Below are positions 34,548-45,357 of a DNA stretch of 64,000 nt, one piece after another. The first letter of the stretch is position 1; each line of letters opens with the position of its first letter. Both the position numbers and the translations under genes were made by a program. Source of the stretch: a virus. The stretch covers positions 2,432-66,431 of IMG/VR virus record IMGVR_UViG_3300032116_000161. One strand, given 5' to 3'. The notes under the pieces were generated by a model. That model was not told the DNA's origin, made no database searches, and was given only the letters and a program-made list of their open reading frames with translations.

Positions 34548-35681
34548 TCAGACAGGTGGAAGTTTTGCTCCAGTTGGTGCTGGTTTCTTTGTTCCAGATG
34601 GATAAACTGGTTTAGCACCACCAAGTCCACTACCAGGCTTCATTACTGGACCAGCCATTACATTCTCAACAATGCTCTGAATGTGATCTGCGTCCATCTG
34701 TGACATAACATAATGTGCTTCCTCTACGGTGTCTGCATGACCATCAGACATCAAATAATCTAAAACAATATCATAAACATCTTCTCTAACTGTTCCACCT
34801 TTCTTAAGTCCCATTGCTGGCTTGAGACGGACAGCACCAACTCTTGTAGCACCTTGATTAGGAACAAGTTGTCCCATTTGAGCATCATATTTTACTGGAG
34901 TGCTTGGACCAGCATTCTGTTCATCAACCAATTTTGCGTCTGGTTCATAAGAATTTGAAAGTCTTGTCAAGTCATAACCACCAATTCTTCTGGTGTCGGA
35001 TCCGGGAGAAGAAACAAATGAATTCGGACGATTAGAATTTTGAGGTTTGTTAGGTTTGGGTTTGGCTCCAGGAATAGATGGTCCTGGTGTTCCAACCATG
35101 CCACTCTCATCAATTAGTTGCTCTTTTCCCTCTCCAAGTCTTGAAGCGGCACCTGCTGCCTTTTGAGCAACCTTTCCGACTGCTCCTGCTGCCTTACGGA
35201 GACCTCTTCCAATCAGACTCTTAACGCCACTCTTGACCTCTTCCTTCTTCTTTTGAGCACCATAGGTGACCTTATGGACAGCGGTTCTTCCTGCTCTTCT
35301 AGCAGTGTCTTTTGCGATTGAGGCAGCAATTCCTGCTCCTGCTACGGCACCTGCTGCCTTTGCTTTGGCACGCCCTACAGCAGTCTTTACCGCTGCTTTT
35401 CGTGCTGCTGCTTTCTTTTCACCAACCTTTGACTTGGCACGCTCACGACGCTGCTCTGGACTTTCGGTATCACTACCATAGGTGACCTTTGCCTCATCAA
35501 TGTATAAAATTGCCGCATTCTCTACAGCAGTAGATGCTTCATTTAGACTATATCCAAACTCTACACATTCTTCAATAAGTTCTTCTACGATCTCTTCAAG
35601 CATTTCGCAGGAGATTCCATCTCCTTCTTCATAAATGCCTTCATAGGATTCTTGTAATGCCTTTAAATCTGACGCAAACAT
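34548..35681 (-). CDS. Putative internal head protein (Lys/Ala-rich, YDIVL family)
   Basis: EDVYDIVLDYLMSDGHADTVEEAHYVMSQM; TATAAATA at 35709-35716. Confidence 0.7.
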   Translation of the reverse strand: MFASDLKALQESYEGIYEEGDGISCEMLEEIVEELIEECVEFGYSLNEASTAVENAAILYIDEAKVTYGSDTESPEQRRERAKSKVGEKKAAARKAAVKTAVGRAKAKAAGAVAGAGIAASIAKDTARRAGRTAVHKVTYGAQKKKEEVKSGVKSLIGRGLRKAAGAVGKVAQKAAGAASRLGEGKEQLIDESGMVGTPGPSIPGAKPKPNKPQNSNRPNSFVSSPGSDTRRIGGYDLTRLSNSYEPDAKLVDEQNAGPSTPVKYDAQMGQLVPNQGATRVGAVRLKPAMGLKKGGTVREDVYDIVLDYLMSDGHADTVEEAHYVMSQMDADHIQSIVENVMAGPVMKPGSGLGGAKPVYPSGTKKPAPTGAKLPPV

Positions 35682-35729
35682 TTTTAATACTTAAGGAATT
35701 CCTGTGAGTATTTATAAAAAAAGAGGGTC

Positions 35730-35885
35730 TTATTGACCCTCTGAATCTTTCATCCATTCTTTACAATAATCATAATCCCCAAACAGGTATTCATCACACT
35801 CTGCCGCTTCTTGAAAAGCATTTAGAATTTCTTGTTCCACCCATTCATCATAGTTGGAATCCAGAGAAAGTATTTTCGGTAACAT
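35730..35885 (-). CDS. Small acidic protein overlapping the nrdB 3' end
   Basis: MLPKILSLDSNYDEWVEQEIL...; fills the gap before a terminator. Confidence 0.5.
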   Translation of the reverse strand: MLPKILSLDSNYDEWVEQEILNAFQEAAECDEYLFGDYDYCKEWMKDSEGQ

Positions 35886-37032
35886 CCTGCTTGATTCCTC
35901 CAACAATGTATGATTCAACTTCGGTTTCTTGTGGTGCCACTTGAAGACCCTTTGAAGAAATCCAGTGCTCCGTCCAAGGAAGTGGATTATTCTTTGCTGG
36001 AATATCATAAAGTGGTTTAAGTCCAATTGCCTTCATTCTACGATTCGCAATCCATTCAACATACTGCTGTAACAGTTTGTCATTGAGACCAATCATGGAT
36101 CCATTCTTGAACAGATACTCTGCCCAGAGCTTTTCTTGATTCACAGCATTCTCAAAGGTCTTGTAGACCCACTGTTCTTCCTCTTTGGCAATGCGTGCCA
36201 TTTCTGGGTCATCACCTTCCTTCCACTTATTCATGATGTTTTGAGTAATTACCAAGTGCTGGTTCTCATCACGGGCAATCAGTGAGATGATTTTCGCACT
36301 TCCTTCCATAAGTTTGAGTTCGCCAAAAGCAAAACTGCAAGCAAATGACACGTAAAAGCGAATGCCTTCAAGAATATTAACGTTTGCAACTGCTCTGAAT
36401 AGTTTACGCTTGAGTTCATACCTTGCCTCTTGTGCGTAGGGAACTTGCTCTAGTGCGTGCTGCCACTCGTTAGAATTATCATAGCGATGTGCTGCGTTAA
36501 TGAAGTCGTTATACGCTTGAGTAACGCTCACCGCACGCTCCATAATGCGATCTTCTTTGAGAATGGTATCAAAGACTTCCGAAGGATCGGAATATACATT
36601 TTTGATAATGTATGTGTATGAACGAGAATGGATCATCTCCATAAACTCCCATACCTTCATACATGCTTCCAGTTCAGGAAGTGAACAGTATGGTGCAAAT
36701 GCCATACCAGGTCCACGACCCTGAACGGAATCCAGCATAACCTGATACTTTAGGTTGCTGGTGAAGATATGCTTTTGCTCTGGGCGTAGCATATGATAAT
36801 CGCTACGATCTTTTTGAAGAGATACCTCTTCGGGTCTCCAGAAATAACCCAGTTGCTGCGTTGTTAGTTTATCAAAGATTGGATATTTGTAAGAATCGTA
36901 TCTCTGAATTCCCAGAGGTTGACCAAAGAACATTGGTTGTTTCTTTGTATCAACCTCGTTGGAGTTGAAAACTGTCATGGAATCAACCATTGGTTTTCCC
37001 TCCAACCCTGTCTTAAATCTTACAAGACTCAC
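35848..37032 (-). CDS. nrdB: Ribonucleotide reductase class Ia beta subunit
   Basis: FWRPEEV, EMIHSRSY, LEGIRFYVSF, DENQH, VAPQETE. Confidence 0.97.
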   Translation of the reverse strand: MSLVRFKTGLEGKPMVDSMTVFNSNEVDTKKQPMFFGQPLGIQRYDSYKYPIFDKLTTQQLGYFWRPEEVSLQKDRSDYHMLRPEQKHIFTSNLKYQVMLDSVQGRGPGMAFAPYCSLPELEACMKVWEFMEMIHSRSYTYIIKNVYSDPSEVFDTILKEDRIMERAVSVTQAYNDFINAAHRYDNSNEWQHALEQVPYAQEARYELKRKLFRAVANVNILEGIRFYVSFACSFAFGELKLMEGSAKIISLIARDENQHLVITQNIMNKWKEGDDPEMARIAKEEEQWVYKTFENAVNQEKLWAEYLFKNGSMIGLNDKLLQQYVEWIANRRMKAIGLKPLYDIPAKNNPLPWTEHWISSKGLQVAPQETEVESYIVGGIKQDVTENTFSGFQL

Positions 37033-39310
37033 AATCTTCCTCCTCTGATTCTAGAATATCGGAAATTAAATTCTCAAGAGAATGTCGGGTTTCTTCAACC
37101 TCATCATTCTTCATGTCATGTGTATTTTGGTAATAGCTGGTTTTCCAGCCGTACTTATATGTAGTCAAAAGGTCCTGTGCCATTACTGAAGTAGGAACTT
37201 CATTGTCTGGGTAATTTTCTGGATTATAGGACCAGTTTCCAGAAATCGCTTGATCAAAGAACTTTTGCATAACAGCAACAATATGAATATAACCGCGATT
37301 GCTAGGCATATCCCACAGAAGCGTATAATTGTTCTTAAGTGATTGATATTGGGGAACAATCTGCTTGAGTGGTCCTTTCTTCGACTTCTTAATGGACAAG
37401 TATCCGCGAGGTGGTTCGATACCGTTCGTTGCGTTTGACACAACGGAACTGCTCTCCGATGGCATCTGTGCGGACAAAGTGCTGTTCCTGACGCCATATT
37501 GCTTAACTTGTGCTCTAAGACCTTCCCAATCATACTTCAGTTCATTTGGAACGATTTCATCCACATCCTTCTTGTATGTATCAATTGGGAGAATGCCTTG
37601 TCCATACTTGGTACGATGTGAGTATTCACAAGCACCCTTTTCTTTCGCAAGGTTAACGGTTGCCTGAATGAGATAATATTGGAATGCCTCTGTCAGATCA
37701 TGTACAAGTTTCCAGGCACCAGGATCGTCGTAATGCTCCCCGTGCTTGGCAAGATAGTGTGCTAGACCAATATAACCGATTCCAAGAGAACGGCGTGCTC
37801 TGGTGGCGATTTCTGCTGCTCTGACGGGGTATCCTTGAAAATCAATGAGTTCATCAAGACCCCTAACAGCAAGATCGCAAAGAACTTGAAGATCTTCAAG
37901 ATCCCTGATTTTACCAACATTAATAGCAGAAAGGATACAAAGAGCAATTTCACCATCAGTATCATCAATGTGTTGAAGTGGTTTAGTAGGCAGAGTAATC
38001 TCTTGACATAGATTGCTCATCTCAACTTTATCCACAAAGGAAGAGTGAGAATTACAATGGTCAATATTCATGATGTAGAGTCTACCAGTTTCTGCTCTCT
38101 CTTTTAGGAGGTCCAGAAAGAGTTCTTGAGCTGCGATAGTTTTTCTTGGAATAGATTCATCTCGTTCATAACGAACATATAACTCGTCAAATCCATCAGT
38201 ACCAAAAGCATCATACAGACCAGGAACGGCGTGAGGAGAGAAGAGAGAAATCTCTTCGTTGCGGATGAATCGTTCATAGAAGAGTTTGGAGATTTGAATA
38301 CTGTAGTCTAACTTACGAACACGGTTATCTTCGGTTCCTTTATTATTTTTCAATACTAGAATGTCTTCTATCTCTTGGTGCCAAATGGGGAAGTGGACTG
38401 TTGCGCTTCCGCCTCGTATGCCATTTTGCGTACAGCAACGGACAGTCGCTTCAAACTTTTTGAGAAACGGTACAACGCCAGTGTGCTGGACTTCACCGCC
38501 TCTAATTTTACTGTTGATGCCACGGATGCGACCTGCGTTGATACCGATACCCGCCCTTTGTGCAACATATCGGCCAATAGCCATATCGCTAGTAAAGATA
38601 CTATCGAGGGTGTCATCAACATCAACAAGGACACAGCTAGCGTATTGTCGAAGTGGCGTTCGCACTCCCGCCATGATAGGGGTTGGAATGTTGATCTTGT
38701 GCTTGCTGATTGCGTCGTAGTATCGTCTGACATAATCAAGCCTGGTTTCTTTTGGATATTTAGAAAAAATAGTTGCCGCAATCAAAAGGTACATAAACTG
38801 TGGCGTTTCGTAAAGTGCCCCAGTGCTTCTATCCTGCACGAGGTACTTATCAACGACCTGACGTAGACCCGCATAAGTGAACAAATAGTCACGACTATGA
38901 TCAATATACGACTGAAGTTTATCAAACTCTTCTTCAGAGTAATTGTCCAAAATTTCGGCATCATAAACCCCTTTTCCAACACAATTCTCAACATGTTGCT
39001 TTAAGGTTGGGAACTCGTGCATGCGTCCATAAAGTTGCTTGCGAGTAGCAAACAACAGCAGACGAGCAGCAACAAACTGATAGTTAGGATGATCCAGATC
39101 AATCAGGTCAGAAGCAGAACGAATCAGAATCTCCTGAATCTCTGCGGTAGTAATACCATCATAAAATTGAATCCCAGACTGCATTTCAACCTGTGATGCA
39201 GATACATTTGCGAGGTCTTTACATGCCTCTTCTACCATGACATGAAGTTTGTTCAAATCAAGTGGTTCGGTCTTGCCGTTTCTCTTAATAACTTTGGTGC
39301 CGTTGCTCAT
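37013..39310 (-). CDS. nrdA: Ribonucleotide reductase class Ia alpha subunit with ATP cone
   Basis: VIKRNG ATP cone, ASCVL, SNLCQEI, MPSESSS, C-terminal CESC. Confidence 0.97.
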   Translation of the reverse strand: MSNGTKVIKRNGKTEPLDLNKLHVMVEEACKDLANVSASQVEMQSGIQFYDGITTAEIQEILIRSASDLIDLDHPNYQFVAARLLLFATRKQLYGRMHEFPTLKQHVENCVGKGVYDAEILDNYSEEEFDKLQSYIDHSRDYLFTYAGLRQVVDKYLVQDRSTGALYETPQFMYLLIAATIFSKYPKETRLDYVRRYYDAISKHKINIPTPIMAGVRTPLRQYASCVLVDVDDTLDSIFTSDMAIGRYVAQRAGIGINAGRIRGINSKIRGGEVQHTGVVPFLKKFEATVRCCTQNGIRGGSATVHFPIWHQEIEDILVLKNNKGTEDNRVRKLDYSIQISKLFYERFIRNEEISLFSPHAVPGLYDAFGTDGFDELYVRYERDESIPRKTIAAQELFLDLLKERAETGRLYIMNIDHCNSHSSFVDKVEMSNLCQEITLPTKPLQHIDDTDGEIALCILSAINVGKIRDLEDLQVLCDLAVRGLDELIDFQGYPVRAAEIATRARRSLGIGYIGLAHYLAKHGEHYDDPGAWKLVHDLTEAFQYYLIQATVNLAKEKGACEYSHRTKYGQGILPIDTYKKDVDEIVPNELKYDWEGLRAQVKQYGVRNSTLSAQMPSESSSVVSNATNGIEPPRGYLSIKKSKKGPLKQIVPQYQSLKNNYTLLWDMPSNRGYIHIVAVMQKFFDQAISGNWSYNPENYPDNEVPTSVMAQDLLTTYKYGWKTSYYQNTHDMKNDEVEETRHSLENLISDILESEEEDCESCKI

Positions 39311-40278
39311 ATTTTCTTCCAGATGTTAAACTTAACTTTTGCTTCTAAACCTGAATATGTATTTGATTTTAACACATCCATAACATTAAGTCCAGAGAGG
39401 ACCATATCATTGATGTCCTTGTCTACGATTCCGCTTGGCCAGATGACGACTTTTTCACCTCTTGAAATACATTTGTCAATGCGATTGACGATTTCTCTAT
39501 TACGGGGCTCATTATCATAAACAAAAACAATACTGCTTCCTTTAAGACAACGAACATCACCGTCACTGCCACACAAAGCCACACTATTGTTGACGAAAGT
39601 GCTGTCAAAGGGTCCTTCAACCACATAGATTGGTAATTGGTCATTGACCTCATTAAGTCCATAAATCTTCGGTGCCTCCTCATCAAGCATCACAGTGATA
39701 TATTTAACAGAGTTGGGAACTAGACTTCTTCCCTGAAAACCGATAAGGTTATTATCCTTATCATACATTGGTATAATAATGCGACTTTCATCCCTACCGA
39801 TAGTGTCAAAAGTCTGTTTTTGAGTGTTAGTCCACTCTTTGAATTTGTGAGCAAAATAAAACTTTTCTGGATTAAGTTTTCTTTTCTCCAAGTATTCTTT
39901 GGCAACAGGAACCTCTGATGCTTTTGGAAGATCTAAACTCTTTTTGAATACTGGTTTCTTGAATTCTAGTTTTGGTGCTTCTACAACGAAGTTCTTTCCA
40001 GTATGTCCTTCCTTGAACTTTTCCAGCGTGTATTGCTTGTGAAGCGTTGAGTCTAACTCTTTTAGAAAGTTGTTGAAGGACAAACTAGCACCACAATTAT
40101 GGCACTTGAAGTTGGTGTTGTTCTTCACAGAGTAAATATACCCTCGTGCCTTTGTTTTATTCTTCTGGGAGTCCCCACAGATAGGGCAGCGGAAGTTGTA
40201 GAGATCCGACTTGACCCTCTTAAATTTTTGTAGGCGTGATGAAACTAATCCAATATACTTGGAATCAACCAAATCCAT
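39307..40278 (-). CDS. DNA primase (T4 gp61-like)
   Basis: CPICGDS zinc finger, CHNC, VEGPFDS, YDNEPRN TOPRIM. Confidence 0.95.
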   Translation of the reverse strand: MDLVDSKYIGLVSSRLQKFKRVKSDLYNFRCPICGDSQKNKTKARGYIYSVKNNTNFKCHNCGASLSFNNFLKELDSTLHKQYTLEKFKEGHTGKNFVVEAPKLEFKKPVFKKSLDLPKASEVPVAKEYLEKRKLNPEKFYFAHKFKEWTNTQKQTFDTIGRDESRIIIPMYDKDNNLIGFQGRSLVPNSVKYITVMLDEEAPKIYGLNEVNDQLPIYVVEGPFDSTFVNNSVALCGSDGDVRCLKGSSIVFVYDNEPRNREIVNRIDKCISRGEKVVIWPSGIVDKDINDMVLSGLNVMDVLKSNTYSGLEAKVKFNIWKKI

Positions 40279-40291
40279 TATGAAGGAGTTA

Positions 40292-40648
40292 TTACTTCGT
40301 GCGTTCTATTGTAGCAGAGGCAGGAGAAGGAGTCAATAACTTTGGTCCAAAGGCATTGAAAACACCGATCAATACAACAGTAACTGCTAAAACTCCACCA
40401 ACTTGCCATCTAAACTTAAAAAGATTATCTATTCTACTTTCAATATCTTCTACCTTCTTACAAATATCATCATCTACCTTTGCTTGAACACCTATTCTTT
40501 CATCATGTACGGCAAGCATTTTACAAATATTTTGATTTGTCTCACTCAAAGTTTGAATGGCAGTATCAACCTTATCAATGATTTGTTCGTGTGCCTTGAA
40601 GCGTTCTTGTAATACGGCTAGTTGAATCTTTGAGTCATTGCTGAACAT
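40292..40648 (-). CDS. Coiled-coil protein with C-terminal TM
   Basis: LAVHDERI coiled coil, FRWQVGGVLAVTVVLIG. Confidence 0.75.
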   Translation of the reverse strand: MFSNDSKIQLAVLQERFKAHEQIIDKVDTAIQTLSETNQNICKMLAVHDERIGVQAKVDDDICKKVEDIESRIDNLFKFRWQVGGVLAVTVVLIGVFNAFGPKLLTPSPASATIERTK

Positions 40649-40649
40649 T

Positions 40650-40835
40650 TTAGGTCATCCAGTTTTTGCGGGATCCTTTTCCACCATAAATGTATTTTTT
40701 CTTCTTTTTATAAACTGGTGGAGTTCCAGTTTCTATATTATACCCAAGTGATTTCTCACCAGTTCCAACAGACATGGTTGGTGCTGCATCCTCTTTAAGA
40801 GAGCGAATAATATCAATAATCTTATCTATGTCCAT
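40650..40835 (-). CDS. Small hypothetical protein
   Basis: Coupled ORF. Confidence 0.7.
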   Translation of the reverse strand: MDIDKIIDIIRSLKEDAAPTMSVGTGEKSLGYNIETGTPPVYKKKKKYIYGGKGSRKNWMT

Positions 40836-41206
40836 TAGATTGAATTAAGTTCTTTTATACAATAATTATCTTCTTGTATTTCATGAATGAGAGTTTTTGG
40901 AAACTCTGGAATTCTATTTAAAAAAATCAAAAAACTTTTAATAGATGGCCAAAGATCCTGCTCCAAATTATAAAATAATAAAGGAACAGCAGCATCATTG
41001 AAAACATTAAACAAGACTGTCAGATGATTTAAAATTAAATGTGTTTTTAAGACTCCAGTATTTTTATACCTTTTAAGAAGTCTCTTAACATACTTAATTC
41101 GCTTTAAATCATCCTCAAAATCTTCTCTAGTCAAAGCATGAGGATTGTCATAGAATTTTATAGCAAATAACAAATAGTTATTTTCATTCAACTCATCAAA
41201 TCTCAT
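40835..41206 (-). CDS. Conserved T4-like hypothetical protein
   Basis: FAIKFYDNP...DLKRIKYVKRLL...LILNHL. Confidence 0.8.
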   Translation of the reverse strand: MRFDELNENNYLLFAIKFYDNPHALTREDFEDDLKRIKYVKRLLKRYKNTGVLKTHLILNHLTVLFNVFNDAAVPLLFYNLEQDLWPSIKSFLIFLNRIPEFPKTLIHEIQEDNYCIKELNSI

Positions 41207-41215
41207 ACCATATTA

Positions 41216-41773
41216 TCAGCTATCTGGGAATCTTGCGTCGTCTTGTGCGTCGCTACTAATACCACTAAATGCAACTAGAGTCTCGGACTTAACTCTAAAG
41301 TTTCCGTGAGTATCAACATAAGTCGTAACACCTACCCAACCAGCATGTGCTACCGCATAAGCAGCATTCTTACCACCGACAGTTGTACCGGCAGCAACAC
41401 CTGCTTCAGTTGTATCCACACCAAAGACAGAAGAGAATCTATTTGATTTTACATCAGGGGCGTTATATTGACCGTCTTCAACAGTATATTTTGGTTTCTG
41501 TGTTACGGTATAACCAGCGCCCGCAATTGTATTAAGTGTTGGATGTGGAATCAAAAATTGAGTTGATCCAATTGAAAGTAAAGTTGCTGAAGTTATGCCA
41601 GTTACAACGGCTTGACCATATGTTGCACCAGCACCGATAACTATAATGTCACCGGTAGAAATCCCAGCAGTTACAAAAGTTGTTCCACTACCAGTAATAG
41701 TTTCAGCACCAAGATCGACTGTTATAGTTCCAGTCAGATTTGCTAAAGAATCTTGCTTGCCCCAAAGAGCCAT
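41216..41773 (-). CDS. Putative virion structural protein
   Basis: MALWG, HAGWV, RVKSETLVA; TATAAATA at 41805-41812. Confidence 0.7.
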   Translation of the reverse strand: MALWGKQDSLANLTGTITVDLGAETITGSGTTFVTAGISTGDIIVIGAGATYGQAVVTGITSATLLSIGSTQFLIPHPTLNTIAGAGYTVTQKPKYTVEDGQYNAPDVKSNRFSSVFGVDTTEAGVAAGTTVGGKNAAYAVAHAGWVGVTTYVDTHGNFRVKSETLVAFSGISSDAQDDARFPDS

Positions 41774-41826
41774 GTTTCCCTACCTATAATTCTTTGTATA
41801 CAGATATTTATAAAAAAAGGAGACCT

Positions 41827-41991
41827 TTACTTTTTGGTCTCCTTACGCAATACTACTTTTAGAAAGTGAGTAATAAGGTCAAGTAATCCATTCTCTTCAA
41901 ATCTTTTTGTTTTTGCCAACCACTCTGACGCAGTTAACAACAGACCTAAAGCAATGGTTACTCCCCAGTTAGTTACAAAGCAAGTAATCAT
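41827..41991 (-). CDS. 54-aa membrane protein (holin-like candidate)
   Basis: MITCFVTNWGVTIALGLLLTASEWLAK...; manual translation, ATGA coupling. Confidence 0.6.
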   Translation of the reverse strand: MITCFVTNWGVTIALGLLLTASEWLAKTKRFEENGLLDLITHFLKVVLRKETKK

Positions 41992-42167
41992 CCTTCAGAT
42001 TGTGGTTTGAAGAGAAGTTCCTTAACAGTAGCAAGGACCATATCGTCAATGCTATTGTCGGTGGATTTTACATACTTGGTCAAAAGATCAATAACAAGGT
42101 TTTTAACTGCTGGATGTGTAGCAATCTGTAGAAGAATTGGTTTTACAACCGCTACTACTGCGCCCAT
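41988..42167 (-). CDS. 59-aa hypothetical protein (...STDNSIDD...)
   Basis: Manual translation; GGAGG RBS; CTAAATA upstream. Confidence 0.7.
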   Translation of the reverse strand: MGAVVAVVKPILLQIATHPAVKNLVIDLLTKYVKSTDNSIDDMVLATVKELLFKPQSEG

Positions 42168-42205
42168 GATGTCCTCCGTGTGAGAGTATCATGGGCTATT
42201 TAGTA

Positions 42206-43948
42206 TCAGTCAAACCTTGAACTCATATTGTCTTGTGCTCTTTGTGCTGCTGCTTTTGCTACTGCTGCTTTTCTCTTCTTTGCTTCAAGTCTATCAGCAG
42301 TTGTTTCTCCTTTGGGGGTAGGTGCTCCTGGTTCCTTTTTTACACCTCTTTCTTTTTCATGTTGGGAAACAGTTCTGCCACTACGAGTCATAAGACCTTT
42401 CTTAACTTCTGGCATCTTTCTCACCATTTCCATAGCACGATTTCTTTCAGGTCTTGGTTGACCTTTACGATCTCTGGTTCTTTCATCAATTACCTCACCC
42501 TCTGCTTCGTAAGAGTTTACCATGAGAGGTTTTTTTACTGGTTTTTTAGCAGCACTTGGGGGAGGAAGTTGTGGAGCAGGAGGTGGAGTATTTGTACCTG
42601 TGCTTCCTGAAGATGGGAGTGGTTTAAATTGGGTTTGAGTTGTCATCTGCTCCCCAATAGGAGGGAGTTCTACGGTCTCTGTATTTCTTGGTGAAGGAGT
42701 GATTCCAGAAACTTTAATTCCCTTTGCTCTTAATCTAGCTTTAACTAGATCAATTTCGGTTGGAATTTCTCTTGGATCTTTTTCATTTTTGACTTCTTCG
42801 CCAAGTTTCTTACCACCGCGACGGGCAGTTAAAACAGCAGCAATCGCAGCCTTTCTTCTTTCTTCTTTAGTTCTACCCGCTAACTGTGAGGACTTGGAAG
42901 CATAAAAGTCTTTGATTGCATCACCCATATCAGTCTTGGCAGTGATTTTCTCATCAATCTGCTCACCTTCTACTTCAACTTCCTCTTGTGAAAGAGGAAT
43001 ACCTTTTTGAAGTTGTTGAAGTTTTGCCATCAAAATTTTCTTTTGATTAGCGACTGTTTGTTTCTTTCTTTGTTCTGTCTTACTATCAGAAGACTTTTGT
43101 GCCTGTTGCTGTTGTGACTGCTTTTGATCTTCTGCTTCTTCCTTAATTCCGCTGTTTTCATCTGGAAATACAGTGATCAATTTAGAGTTATTAACTCCTT
43201 CACCAGTGATCTTCTTTTCACCATCTTCTTCTTTTTTCTTTTCAATCAGTTCGGCAAATCCATCTTGCCAGTTGTAATCTTCTTTGCGAGTTGCAATTGC
43301 CTTACCACGAACCTTTCTACGATTCAGAAGATACTTATCAGACTTATCACGATCACCATCATTATCCACATCACCATCTTCTTGTCCGACAGGATCTAAA
43401 CCTTTACCAGACTTTGTTTTTGCCGTTGATGAACCTTTATGCTTTTCTGACTTGGTTGGTTCACCATATTGAGTCATCTCAACAGATGAGATATTTGGAT
43501 TCGCACGAAGTTCGGCAATCTTTGCACGAGTTGCCATTCTTACATAAGTATTGCCAGTCTTCTTATCGGTAACTCTAATTTTATATGTCTTCTCTTCCAT
43601 CTCATTGAGTTGTTGAATATAGTCGGTATTTTCTACAACAACTTCCTCTTCAACACCCTCAACAAAAACTTTATACATGGCAGATACGATTGTATCTGTC
43701 GCAAGTCTCTTTGTGTCAACAAGATCTTCTCCAAGAAGCATTTGCTTTGCTCTTGCCTTTACAGCAGGAGCAGCACTTGACTTGGCAAGTTGGGACATAT
43801 ATGCTTTAGAGACTTGAGCAGGGTTCATTTTTGTACCCTTATTCATTGCCTGTCTTACCTTATAGCGAGTATCATAAGCAAGTTGCCTTGCCTGCTTTTC
43901 AATCTTCTCTTTTGCTCCGGCAGCAGGAGATCCTGTAGGTTTTTCCAT
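42206..43948 (-). CDS. Large low-complexity putative virion/internal protein
   Basis: Charged, EF-hand-like DGDVDNDGDRDKSD, many xxE.E.IDE motifs. Confidence 0.7.
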   Translation of the reverse strand: MEKPTGSPAAGAKEKIEKQARQLAYDTRYKVRQAMNKGTKMNPAQVSKAYMSQLAKSSAAPAVKARAKQMLLGEDLVDTKRLATDTIVSAMYKVFVEGVEEEVVVENTDYIQQLNEMEEKTYKIRVTDKKTGNTYVRMATRAKIAELRANPNISSVEMTQYGEPTKSEKHKGSSTAKTKSGKGLDPVGQEDGDVDNDGDRDKSDKYLLNRRKVRGKAIATRKEDYNWQDGFAELIEKKKEEDGEKKITGEGVNNSKLITVFPDENSGIKEEAEDQKQSQQQQAQKSSDSKTEQRKKQTVANQKKILMAKLQQLQKGIPLSQEEVEVEGEQIDEKITAKTDMGDAIKDFYASKSSQLAGRTKEERRKAAIAAVLTARRGGKKLGEEVKNEKDPREIPTEIDLVKARLRAKGIKVSGITPSPRNTETVELPPIGEQMTTQTQFKPLPSSGSTGTNTPPPAPQLPPPSAAKKPVKKPLMVNSYEAEGEVIDERTRDRKGQPRPERNRAMEMVRKMPEVKKGLMTRSGRTVSQHEKERGVKKEPGAPTPKGETTADRLEAKKRKAAVAKAAAQRAQDNMSSRFD

Positions 43949-43965
43949 TGAAAAAATTTAATTAC

Positions 43966-45357
43966 TTACTTTTTCCTGTATCTATTTATGAAATTCTGTA
44001 TATGGGTGGTATTAGTCATTCTCATAGCATATTTTCTTAAAGAATCTGTTCCAACTTCTCTTTGATCAGCAGGCACTCCAGAAACATTTGTCAACTTTTG
44101 TTCCTTTTGTAAAGATCTGAAAATCTTACCCTGATTTTTAGCTGTTGGTATAAAGGCACCATATGGTCCAACCTTTTTATCATCTTTATCTACAAACCCA
44201 TCAATATTATCATCAGTTCTATTCACTGCTTTATGAACAAGATTTTTTAGATTCTTCATTGGAACTTCTTGATAATTTTTGGTCTCTACAACATCCTTGA
44301 TCCAAGACTTAAACATAATATTGTCTTCAGTTACACAAATCAAATAGTTAGTTCCTCTACGAATAATTTTACCAACAAGACCCGTATTAAGATTTTCTAC
44401 CAGTTGACCAATCTTAAAGATTTTTTCTTGTATGTAATTTTCGCGGAGATTCAACCAGTCAAATTTTGGAGCAATCTCCCAAAGGCTCCATCCTTCCTTA
44501 ATTTGCATGGCAGAACGAAGAGTATTATAAAGTTCTCTTGCCTGCTTATCATTCATTGAAGCAGGAACACCTTTGCGGAAAGATTTAAAATCTCCTTCTG
44601 CTGCTGCCTTTCTTTGCTTTGATGCTGACATTCCAGATATGTCATCTTTGGCATCTGGGTCTCTTTCACCAGCAGAACGAACTTCTATATTATCAAAAGC
44701 ATAGAGTTTTCCGTTATAGTTGCCAGAGAGATTTTCAAATTCTTTAACTCTATCACCACCACCGACGATTCTTACATTCGTGTATCCATCCATGTGTGCC
44801 TTCTTAAGTACATCAAAGATAGTACGATTTGCTGGATCATTAACAATCTTTTCACTATGACCGGGGAACATCTGTCTCATAATAGAGACTTTAATATCTG
44901 CATCCAGTGGATTCTTTTTCTTATCCTGACTCCTAGATGGGACAATAATATAGTCACCATCATCAGACGATTTAGCAACTGTATCTAAAAGTTTCTCATG
45001 CCCAGTGGTTGGAGGATTAAAGCGACCAAAAGCAACAGTCAAAGTTCCCTTTGTTTTTTCAACTTCTGGTGGAACCATATCTGATTTTTCTGATGCTGGT
45101 TCCTGTTGTTGAGGTGCTGGTTTTTGTGTTGGTTGTGATAAATTCTTTTCTTTATCAGTTTGTGCTGGATCTTGCTGCCCAACTCTTTGACGCTTATTAT
45201 AAAACTTTAATTGACCCTTTTCCGTCTTGGCAACAAACTCTTTGGTCTTTGGATCATACCATCCACCATGACCATCACCAACTAGACCCATGCGTTCTGC
45301 CTGCTGAACCGCAGTTGATCCAGATGCTTCAGACAAAAATTGGAAAAAACTTTTCAT
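43966..45357 (-). CDS. Cytidyltransferase-like (HIGH nucleotidyltransferase) protein
   Basis: FGRFNPPTTGHEKL, KNPL, GGDR, SAGERDPD, MSASK. Confidence 0.85.
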   Translation of the reverse strand: MKSFFQFLSEASGSTAVQQAERMGLVGDGHGGWYDPKTKEFVAKTEKGQLKFYNKRQRVGQQDPAQTDKEKNLSQPTQKPAPQQQEPASEKSDMVPPEVEKTKGTLTVAFGRFNPPTTGHEKLLDTVAKSSDDGDYIIVPSRSQDKKKNPLDADIKVSIMRQMFPGHSEKIVNDPANRTIFDVLKKAHMDGYTNVRIVGGGDRVKEFENLSGNYNGKLYAFDNIEVRSAGERDPDAKDDISGMSASKQRKAAAEGDFKSFRKGVPASMNDKQARELYNTLRSAMQIKEGWSLWEIAPKFDWLNLRENYIQEKIFKIGQLVENLNTGLVGKIIRRGTNYLICVTEDNIMFKSWIKDVVETKNYQEVPMKNLKNLVHKAVNRTDDNIDGFVDKDDKKVGPYGAFIPTAKNQGKIFRSLQKEQKLTNVSGVPADQREVGTDSLRKYAMRMTNTTHIQNFINRYRKK